From positions 18,302 to 82,301 of the forward strand of contig JBBQKR010000003.1 of NCBI GenBank assembly GCA_038327125.1: a stretch of 64,000 bases of DNA, read 5' to 3'. The stretch comes from Solirubrobacterales bacterium (GTDB lineage Bacteria; Actinomycetota; Thermoleophilia; Solirubrobacterales; Solirubrobacteraceae). Positions 56,987-64,000 of the stretch are shown piece after piece (the stretch's first letter is position 1; each line of letters begins with the position of its first letter). Position numbers and translations under genes: made by a program. Below the pieces are notes generated by a model. The model ran no database searches. It was not told the origin of the DNA and was given only the letters and a program-made list of their open reading frames with translations.

Positions 56987-57744
56987 CGAGGTGTCTCCGG
57001 TGCGTGGTCGTCGTTCGGGTGGCGGAAGTACGGCGCCCCCTTGAGCTTCAGCCGCAGCCCCTGCGCGTAGATCCGCGCGAGGGTCAGGAGGCCGGCGGCG
57101 GGGTGACGGACGAGGACGCGCGTCAGCGCGGCGCGGTCGAGCGGCGCGCGCGTGAGCCGCAGGTTCGCGTCGAACACCCGCTCGCCGGCGCGGGCCGAGC
57201 TGATCGACACGGCGAGGTGCGCCTCCGGCGTCGTCAGGCGCCAGGCGTAGCGGTGGTCCATGCCCATGAACGGCGAGACGTGGAAGACCTTGTCCGAGCC
57301 GCCGCCCTTGGGGTCCATGACATAGGCGTGACGTTCGCCCCAGGGCGTGTTCGTCACCTCGGCCAGAACGGCGCGCACGTCCTCCCCACGCTCGTCGAAG
57401 CAGTAGAAGAAGCTGACGGGATTGAAGCCGTGGCCGTAGGTCCGCGGCGTGGTCAGCAGCCGCACCGGGCCCGCCGGGCGCTCGCCCGTCTGGCGGGCGA
57501 CCTCGTCACGGACCGCGTCCTGGAGCGGCACGGCCGGGTCTCCGAGATGATCGCTGCGGCGGATGCGCCCCGGCGCGGGCCGGCGCGCCGACCACAGCGG
57601 ATGACGGTCCAGCACGCCGGGCAGCTCGTCCAGGTCGAGGTAGAGCATGCAGACGGGGTAGTCGAAGGAATGCTCGAGCGGGGTGTGGCGACGATGCATG
57701 ACGCGGCCCTCGTAGACCGCGCTGCGGGAGGCGGCGGCGCTCAT
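56983..57744 (-). CDS. DUF1365 family protein
   Basis: SAVYEGRVMHRRHTPLEHSFDYPVCMLYLDLDEL...GFNPVSFFYCFD...EVTNTPWGERHAY. ATGA overlaps on both sides. Confidence 0.85.
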   Translation of the reverse strand: MSAAASRSAVYEGRVMHRRHTPLEHSFDYPVCMLYLDLDELPGVLDRHPLWSARRPAPGRIRRSDHLGDPAVPLQDAVRDEVARQTGERPAGPVRLLTTPRTYGHGFNPVSFFYCFDERGEDVRAVLAEVTNTPWGERHAYVMDPKGGGSDKVFHVSPFMGMDHRYAWRLTTPEAHLAVSISSARAGERVFDANLRLTRAPLDRAALTRVLVRHPAAGLLTLARIYAQGLRLKLKGAPYFRHPNDDHAPETPR

Positions 57745-59027
57745 GCCGCGAGCTCCTCCGCGGGTTGGCGGGCGAGCGTGCTGGACTGCAGGTCCTCGAC
57801 GACACGCAATGCGCTCCAGACGCCGTCCTCGTGGAAGCCCCAGCGCCAGTAGGCGCCGCAATAGTGCGTGCGCCGCACGCCGGAGATGTCGTCGTGGCGG
57901 TCCTGCGCCGCGATCCCTGCGGGCGTGAACACCGGGTGCGCGCAGGGGACGGTCGCGATCACGCGCCGCGGGTCGATCCGCTCGGTGAGGTTCAGCGTGA
58001 CGCAGTAGTCCGTCGGCGCATCGAGCCGCTGGAGATGGTTCATCCAGTAGGTGACGGTCGTGCGGTCCTTGGGCTCGGCGAGCAGGTGGAAGTTCCACGC
58101 CTGGCGCGCGTGACGGCGGCGCGGGAGCAGCCGCTCGTCGGTGTGCAGGACGGCCTCGTTGGCCTGGTAGGGAATCGCCCCGAGGATCCGGCGCTCGGCC
58201 GGGCTCGGATCGGCGAGCAGCGCGAGCGCCTGATCGCTGTGACAGGCGAGGACGATCTCGTCGAAGCGTTCGGCGCGCTGCGCCCCGGCAATGGTGATCT
58301 CGACGTGCGCCGGATGCCGGATGACACTGGTGACCGGCGCCCGGGTGCGGACGGGCCGGCGCAGCCGCCGCTCGATCTCGCGCACGTACGTCTGCGAGCC
58401 GCCGGCGACCGTCAGCCACTGCGGTCGGTCGCGCAGGCTCAGCATCCCGTGGTTCTCGAAGAACTCCGCGAGGAAGATCACGGGGAAGCTCCACATCTGC
58501 TCCGGGTCCGCGGACCAGACGGCGCTCACCTGCGGGACGATCAGCCGCTCCACGAACAGCTCGGAGTAGCCGCCGCGGTCGAGCATCACGCGGAGCGTCA
58601 GCGTGTCGTCGCCGTCCTCGCGCACCCGCCGGAGCTCGCGGTTGAAGCGCACCAGGTCGGCGACCATCCGGTGGAACGCGGGACGCACGACGTTGCGCGG
58701 CTGGCAGAACAGCCCGCGCGGCGTACCGGCGTACTCGAAGTCCTCGAGCGCGGGGTCGGCGGAGACGGAGAACCCCATGTGCGTCGGCTGCGCCGCGACG
58801 CCGAGCTCGTCGAGCAGTGCCGTGAAGTGCGGGTACGTGCGGTCGTTGAAGACGATGAAGCCCGTGTCGATCGCCAGCGGACCGCGGTCCGGGTCCTCGA
58901 CGACCACCGTGTTGGTGTGGCCGCCGGCGTGATCGCCCGCCTCGAAGACCGTGACGTCGTGGTCAGGGTCGAGGCGGTGGGCGGCGGTGAGGCCTGCGAC
59001 GCCGGCCCCGATGATGGCGATCTTCAC
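57741..59027 (-). CDS. NAD(P)/FAD-dependent oxidoreductase (amine-oxidase/desaturase-like)
   Basis: MKIAIIGAGVAGLTAAHRL (GxGxxG), ...FIVFNDRTYPHF..., C-terminal YCGAYWRWGFHEDG. GTG start. Confidence 0.88.
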   Translation of the reverse strand: MKIAIIGAGVAGLTAAHRLDPDHDVTVFEAGDHAGGHTNTVVVEDPDRGPLAIDTGFIVFNDRTYPHFTALLDELGVAAQPTHMGFSVSADPALEDFEYAGTPRGLFCQPRNVVRPAFHRMVADLVRFNRELRRVREDGDDTLTLRVMLDRGGYSELFVERLIVPQVSAVWSADPEQMWSFPVIFLAEFFENHGMLSLRDRPQWLTVAGGSQTYVREIERRLRRPVRTRAPVTSVIRHPAHVEITIAGAQRAERFDEIVLACHSDQALALLADPSPAERRILGAIPYQANEAVLHTDERLLPRRRHARQAWNFHLLAEPKDRTTVTYWMNHLQRLDAPTDYCVTLNLTERIDPRRVIATVPCAHPVFTPAGIAAQDRHDDISGVRRTHYCGAYWRWGFHEDGVWSALRVVEDLQSSTLARQPAEELAA

Positions 59028-59235
59028 GGACTTCTATACGCGCCGTCGTGGTGATCGGACGTTCTCGACCATTGTGGATGAGGCGCGCCGGCCGGCTCGC
59101 GCCTACGTTCACCGATGCGATCGTGGAACCGGAGGACGCGCGGCGGGATGCCGCCCGATTGACGGCCGGCGGCGCGCTGGACATGCAATCGTCCCCGAAC
59201 CACTGCGCCCAAGGACCCAGACCGGAGCCGGAGCA

Positions 59236-60651
59236 ATGACGTCCACGCCCACCCCCACGAACAGCCGGGCCCACCTGACCGTCGCCGAGAGCGCAGCGCT
59301 CGGCAAGGCTGCCAGGGCCGAGGTCCCGCGCGCCGACCACGGATCCTGGAACCCCAGCCCGGCCCGGGATCCCCTCGGCATCCTGAGAGGCCAGGACGAG
59401 ACGCGCGTGCCCGAGCTCGTCCCGATCCGCTGGGGACGGATGCTCGTCTCACCGTTCACGTTCTACCGCGGCGGCGCCGCACTGATGGCGGCCGACCTCG
59501 CCGGCACCCCCGACTCGGGGCTGCGGGTGCAGGCCTGCGGGGACGCGCACATCTCGAACTTCGGGACGTTCGCCGCACCCGACCGCTCGCTGGTCTTCGA
59601 TCTCAACGACTTCGACGAGACGCTTCCCGGTCCGTGGGAGTGGGACGTCAAGCGCATGGCGGCGAGCATCGAGATCGCCGGCCGTGATCGTGATGAGAAG
59701 CCGGCACTGCGACGCGCGAACATCGCCGCTGCGGTGCGCAGCTACCGCGAGGCGATGCGGGCATTCGCCGACATGACGAACCTCCAGGTCTGGTACGCGC
59801 GCCTTGATGTGACGTCGATGGCGGCGGAGCTGAAGCGCGACCTCTCGGCCAAGGAGCGCAAGGCGTTCGACGCGGAGTACCGCAAGGCGCAGTCCAAGAG
59901 CAGCGTCCGAGCGTTGACCAAGCTCACCGAGGTCGTCGACGGCGAGATCCGTTTCCGCAGCGAGCCACCGCTGCTCACGCCGCTGAGGGAGCTGCTGGCC
60001 GACAGCGACAGCGTCGCGACCGAGGCGCACGTCAAGCACCTCGTGCGCGGCTACGAGGGCGTCGCTCGCGACCGCCGCCACCTGTTCGAGTCCTACCGCG
60101 TGGTCGACATGGCGCGGAAGGTGGTCGGCGTCGGCAGCGTCGGAACCCGCGCCTGGGTCATTCTGCTGGTCGGCCGCGACGCATCCGACCCGCTGGTCCT
60201 CCAGGCGAAGGAGGCCACGACCTCGGTCATGGAGCCCTACGTCGGCGCAAGCGAGTTCGCCCAGCACGGCGAGCGCGTCGTCGAGGGCCAGCGCCTGATG
60301 CAGGCTGCGAGCGACATCTTCCTCGGCTGGCACCGGATTCTGGCGCCGGACGGCGTCACCCGCGACTTCTACGTGCGCCAGCTCTGGGACGGGAAGGGGT
60401 CAGTCGACCTGGCGACGATCTCCGGGCAGCGGTTCTCGCGTTACGTCACCGCCTGCGGCCGGACGCTCGCCCGCGCACACGCGCGCTCCGGAGACCGGAC
60501 AGCGATCGCGTCCTACCTCGGCGGGGGAAAGACATTCGATTCGGCGATTGCGGGCTTCGCCGGGCAGTACGCCGATCAGACCGAGACCGACTACGCGCTG
60601 CTGCAGCAGGCGGCCGCCGACGGCGAGATTCCGATTCAGACCGGCGTCTGA
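59236..60651 (+). CDS. DUF2252 family protein
   Basis: LVPIRWGRMLVSPFTFYRGGAALMAADLA...CGDAHISNFG...VFDLNDFDETLPGPWEWDVKR...FYVRQLWDGKGS. Confidence 0.85.
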   Translation: MTSTPTPTNSRAHLTVAESAALGKAARAEVPRADHGSWNPSPARDPLGILRGQDETRVPELVPIRWGRMLVSPFTFYRGGAALMAADLAGTPDSGLRVQACGDAHISNFGTFAAPDRSLVFDLNDFDETLPGPWEWDVKRMAASIEIAGRDRDEKPALRRANIAAAVRSYREAMRAFADMTNLQVWYARLDVTSMAAELKRDLSAKERKAFDAEYRKAQSKSSVRALTKLTEVVDGEIRFRSEPPLLTPLRELLADSDSVATEAHVKHLVRGYEGVARDRRHLFESYRVVDMARKVVGVGSVGTRAWVILLVGRDASDPLVLQAKEATTSVMEPYVGASEFAQHGERVVEGQRLMQAASDIFLGWHRILAPDGVTRDFYVRQLWDGKGSVDLATISGQRFSRYVTACGRTLARAHARSGDRTAIASYLGGGKTFDSAIAGFAGQYADQTETDYALLQQAAADGEIPIQTGV

Positions 60652-60654
60652 TCG

Positions 60655-61058
60655 CAGTCATCTGGATCGCACTGGTGTCCTCACCGCCCCGCAGCGCCCG
60701 GACTTCGGCGACGAGGGCCGCCAGTAGGCGACGTGATCCCAGAGGACGAACCCGTCCCAGCCGCGGTCCTCGGCGCGGCGCGCGAGCTCGACGACCAGCC
60801 CCGGCTCCGACAGTTCGTCGAACGGGGCGACGAAGATCGCGCGGCGGTCGTACTTGACGTCGCTGTCGCCGAGCTCGAAGACGAGCAGCTTGCGCTCGGT
60901 GAACGACTCCAGGAACCACTGCGAGAGCGGTCGCGAGGTCGCGGAGTCCAGAGCGACGCGATCAGCCCGAGCTTGCTGCGGTTGGCGATCTCGACAGCCT
61001 CTTCGGCCGAGGCGATCGTCATGATCAGGTACGCACCGATCCGCGCCGGTGCCTGCAA
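60655..61058 (-). pseudogene. Probable gene remnants: an aldehyde-dehydrogenase C-terminal fragment and, in another frame, a luciferase-like (LLM) oxidoreductase N-terminal fragment
   Basis: Frame A: IMTIASAEEAVEIANRSKLGLIASLWT (ALDH-like), which then degenerates into Ser/Arg junk. Frame B, with no start codon: RAIFVAPFDELSEPGLVVELARRAEDRGWDGFVLWDHVAYW, followed by a stop at about 60657. Confidence 0.35.
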
Positions 61059-61086
61059 TCCTGGCGATCAGTGTGGCATCTGCCCG

Positions 61087-62328
61087 TCAACTCGCAACGA
61101 GCTCGCGATCGGACTCCCGGGCCCGCGCAGCCTCGTGCGCCGCACCACGGCCGCTGACGATCAGGACGAGGAACGCGAACGCCGCGACGACGGCCATGAG
61201 GATGAACCCGATCGTGTAGCTCCCCGTCGCGGACTTCACGATGCCCATGACGACGGGCGGGAAGAAGCCGCCGAGACCCCCCGCTGCACCGACGACTCCG
61301 GTGACCGCGCCGACCTTGTCCGGGAACCACTGGGGGACGAGCTTGAAGACGGCTCCGGTGCCCAGACCGAGACAGAGCGCCAGCGTCAGGCAGGCGAGCG
61401 TGAGTGGCACCATGTGCTCGTACGAGCCGGCAAGCACGAGCGCCATGAGGAGCGTTCCGCCGAAGGACACCTGGAGCACCCGCGCAGCCCCGATGCGGTC
61501 CGACAGCCAGCCGCCGAGCGGCCGGCCGATGACCGCGAAGGCCGCAAACCCTGCCGCCCGATAGCCGGCATCCGGCTTGGAGAGGTCATGCACGCCGGTC
61601 AGCAGCTTCGGGAGGAACAGGAACATGGCGACGAATCCACCGAACGCCATGAAGTAGAAGAGCGTCAGCGCCCAGGCGCGGCTGGCGCCGGGCCCGCGGA
61701 AGACCGCCAGCGGAGCGAGCCAGGAGCCGTGTGCTCCGCTCGCAGAGTTCGGTGCGTCCTCGGCGAGCGTCCAGAAGATGACGGCCATGATCGCGACGAG
61801 GCCCGCGGCGATCCAGAACGGCACGTCGAGGCTCGTCGCCTCGGCGATCTTCGGAGCCGTGAGCGCGGCGATGATCGTCCCGCCCATGCCCATGCCGTAG
61901 ATGCCGAGCGCGAAGCCCTGCCCCTTTGCGTCGTACCAGCTGTTCACGAACGGGATGCCCACCGCGAACGACGCGCCGGCGAACCCGAGCAGGAGGCCGA
62001 AGATGAGCACCGCGGCCCAGGAGTCGTTGAAGAGCGCCAGGCCGATCAACGGAAGCGGCGTGAACGCCATCAGTCCGGTGAAGACCTTCCGGCCACCGTG
62101 CCGGTCGGTGAGGATGCCGAGCGGCACGCGCATGAGCGAGCCGAGCAGCACGGGGACCGCGACGGTGACGAGGAGTTCGAAGTCCGAGAGGCCGAGCTGC
62201 TTCTGCAGGTCGGGGCCCAGCGGGCCGAGCAGTGACCACCCGTAGAAGCACACGGTGAAGGCGATCATCGCCAGCGCGAGCGCCGCGTGGTTGCTGCTGG
62301 GCCGGTAGGCCGTATCACTGCTGGACAT
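61087..62328 (-). CDS. narK: MFS nitrate/nitrite transporter
   Basis: 12-TM MFS protein with a NarK-type motif (GFAGASFAVGIPFVNSWY, GGLGGFFPP). It overlaps the narI stop by 14 nt. Confidence 0.88.
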   Translation of the reverse strand: MSSSDTAYRPSSNHAALALAMIAFTVCFYGWSLLGPLGPDLQKQLGLSDFELLVTVAVPVLLGSLMRVPLGILTDRHGGRKVFTGLMAFTPLPLIGLALFNDSWAAVLIFGLLLGFAGASFAVGIPFVNSWYDAKGQGFALGIYGMGMGGTIIAALTAPKIAEATSLDVPFWIAAGLVAIMAVIFWTLAEDAPNSASGAHGSWLAPLAVFRGPGASRAWALTLFYFMAFGGFVAMFLFLPKLLTGVHDLSKPDAGYRAAGFAAFAVIGRPLGGWLSDRIGAARVLQVSFGGTLLMALVLAGSYEHMVPLTLACLTLALCLGLGTGAVFKLVPQWFPDKVGAVTGVVGAAGGLGGFFPPVVMGIVKSATGSYTIGFILMAVVAAFAFLVLIVSGRGAAHEAARARESDRELVAS

Positions 62329-63097
62329 GGGCCCTGCTTTCGGTGGGTGTGATGGTGGCTGCGTCGATGCCGGCGGCTCCCGCCCGGACGGCGCGGGGCG
62401 CGCGCGAGCGGTAGACGATCGGCTTGCGCCGCAGATAGGTGAGGGGCACGCTCCAGGCGTGCACGAGCCGCGTGAAAGGCCAGATCGCGATCACGACCCA
62501 GCCGCCGATCGCGTGCAGCTGATAGCTGAGCGGGACGCTCGCCGAGGTCAGGAGCGACCCGTCCGGCGTCAGGAGGAACAGCCCGCGGAACCACGGGGAA
62601 ACCGTCTCGCGGTAGTTGTAGCCGCCGTTGACGAGGTTCTCGATCACGGTGTTCCACATGCCCGTGAGCACCATGAACCCGAGCAGCGCCATGACCGCCA
62701 CGTCCCACCCGCGCGTGGTCGCCGCGACCCGGCGGTTCGTGAGGCGGCGGACGATCAGGATCGCCAGGCCGGCGAGCGTCGCCGTGCCGGCGAGCGTGCC
62801 CATCGTCGCTGAGAAGATGCGGTAGGTGTTCTCGGAGATCCCGAGGCCGTCCGTCCAGGCCTGCGGGATCAGGATCCCGATGACGTGGCCACCGATGACC
62901 GCGAGCAGGCCGATGTGGAACAGCGGGCCGCCGATCTTGAGCCAGCGCGCCTCGAGCAGCTGCGTCGAGCGGGTGGTCCAGGTGAACTGGTCGTGGCGCC
63001 AGCGCCAGATGTGCCCGCCGACGAACATCGTGATCGCGACGTACGGCAGCACGATCCACAGCAGGGTCGCGGCGCGGCTGACGGCGAGCGCGGTCAT
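62315..63097 (-). CDS. narI: Respiratory nitrate reductase gamma subunit
   Basis: LLWIVLPYVAITMFVGGHIWRWRHDQFTWTTRSTQLLE...GGPLFHIGLL.VIGGH (heme-ligand His residues). Confidence 0.93.
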   Translation of the reverse strand: MTALAVSRAATLLWIVLPYVAITMFVGGHIWRWRHDQFTWTTRSTQLLEARWLKIGGPLFHIGLLAVIGGHVIGILIPQAWTDGLGISENTYRIFSATMGTLAGTATLAGLAILIVRRLTNRRVAATTRGWDVAVMALLGFMVLTGMWNTVIENLVNGGYNYRETVSPWFRGLFLLTPDGSLLTSASVPLSYQLHAIGGWVVIAIWPFTRLVHAWSVPLTYLRRKPIVYRSRAPRAVRAGAAGIDAATITPTESRAHVQQ

Positions 63098-63732
63098 CCC
63101 GGCGCTCCCGACAGCGACTGCGGCATGACCTCCGGCGGCGCGAACGGCTCGAGGCCGACCTCCTCGTCGGGCGGGCCCTCGGCGGCGATGCGGCGGGCCT
63201 CGGCCAGCTCCTCGGCGGTCAGCGCCGGAAGCGTCGAGACGACCGCATCGAGAACGCGCGCGTAGATGCTGCCGAGATCGTCGAGCGACGCGCGCAGGAG
63301 CTCGATGCCGGGCCGCATCCGGCCGAGGATCGCGTCCGCCTCATCGCCGGGAGCGAACGCGGCGAACTCGAGGATCGCCGGCAGGTAGTCCGGCAGCTCG
63401 CCGCCGGCCAGCTCGAAACCGGCCTCCCGGTAGCGGCGCTTGAGCCCGAGCAGCGTCGCGCCGCGCTGACGGCGATCGCCGTCGCGGAAGTAGGACAGGT
63501 GCAGCGACGCGCGCTTGTTGAAGTCGAACGTCGCGACGTACTCCTCCTGCGTCGCCCATGGGCCGATCCGGTCACGGTGATCGAGCACCGCGAGGAGGTC
63601 GCGTCCGGCGCGGCCCGCGACGGTCTGCGCCGCTGCGCGCAGCCCGCTCGCGGCCGCGAGGATCTCGGGGTCCGGATGGTCGAGCAGCAGCGCGCCCAGC
63701 CGCAGGACCGTGATGTCCGAGGACGACGTCAC
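63094..63732 (-). CDS. narJ: Nitrate reductase molybdenum cofactor assembly chaperone
   Basis: ...YVATFDFNKRASLHLSYF..GD.R.RG..LL.LK..Y...G.E......LPDYLP..LEF.A. The GTG start overlaps the narH stop (GTGA). Confidence 0.88.
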   Translation of the reverse strand: MTSSSDITVLRLGALLLDHPDPEILAAASGLRAAAQTVAGRAGRDLLAVLDHRDRIGPWATQEEYVATFDFNKRASLHLSYFRDGDRRQRGATLLGLKRRYREAGFELAGGELPDYLPAILEFAAFAPGDEADAILGRMRPGIELLRASLDDLGSIYARVLDAVVSTLPALTAEELAEARRIAAEGPPDEEVGLEPFAPPEVMPQSLSGAPG

Positions 63733-64000
63733 GAGCCGGCCCCCTTGCGCCCTTCGACGCGCGTGATGTTCAGCGTGGCCGAGCCTCCGCGCTCGGCGAG
63801 CGCGACGAGGTCGACCTCGCCCTCGCCGCTGTCGACGCCGGCGCCACACGAGCCGGGGCCGCCGGCGAAGTCCAGGCCGCAGCCGCCCTGGCGCTCGGTC
63901 AGGTTGTCGGCGATCTCCCGATGCGCGGGCGGGATCACGTAGCGGTCGTCGTACTGCGCGATCGCGCACAGCTGGTACATGTCCTCGATCTCCGTCGCCG
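63729..64000 (-). CDS. narH: Respiratory nitrate reductase beta subunit, 3' end only (runs off the window)
   Basis: ...EDMYQLCAIAQYDDRYVIPPAHRE.A... is a C-terminal NarH pattern, in operon context narH-narJ-narI-narK. Confidence 0.85.
   Translation of the reverse strand, partial: ATEIEDMYQLCAIAQYDDRYVIPPAHREIADNLTERQGGCGLDFAGGPGSCGAGVDSGEGEVDLVALAERGGSATLNITRVEGRKGAGS

Noticed and set aside
60733-62235. 500-aa plus-strand ORF opposite narK
   Set aside because: It has a charged low-complexity (R/E/D) composition. The minus strand is a clean 12-TM MFS transporter.

Overview
Very GC-rich window (by eye well above 65% G+C; GC3 near saturation; many Arg/Ala-rich shadow ORFs on the opposite strand of real genes). 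It reads as densely packed chromosomal core DNA of an actinobacterium-like organism. A Thermoleophilia/Conexibacter-type origin is only a guess from protein signatures and is not verifiable here. I recognised about 70 protein-coding genes.

Gene content, in order:
- Inositol-phosphate locus: CDP-alcohol phosphatidyltransferase, ino1 and a GT4-PHP fusion, followed by a UDG-family gene.
- glnK-amt.
- Several secreted hydrolases and surface proteins.
- An MMPL transporter beside a NarL-type two-component system.
- argF.
- A thiO-thiS-thiG operon behind a clear TPP riboswitch, plus thiE.
- A lipoate/PDH region: lpd, pdhABC, lipB, lipA.
- A pair of acyl-CoA dehydrogenases.
- A sigma-factor partner-switching locus: MerR-PAS-GAF regulator, two STAS proteins, an RsbW-like kinase, a SigB/F-type sigma factor and a GAF-PAS-PP2C phosphatase.
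- A cfa/DUF1365/FAD-oxidoreductase cluster, then DUF2252.
- The distal end of a respiratory nitrate reductase operon: narH (3' end), narJ, narI, narK.

I saw no rRNA, tRNA, CRISPR array, IS element, integrase or prophage signature, and no obvious defence island.

The observations most worth follow-up are domain-level oddities rather than a new multi-gene system:
- the GT4-PHP fusion next to ino1;
- an NTF2/SnoaL-like gene translationally coupled to thiG;
- thiO lacking any canonical start codon downstream of the riboswitch;
- an endoglycoceramidase-like GH5 with both catalytic Glu residues replaced;
- a degenerate RsbW-like ORF inside the partner-switching operon;
- histone-H1-like Lys/Ala tails on Ino1 and on a phasin-like protein.

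All functional calls rest on motif recognition by eye. No database search was run.
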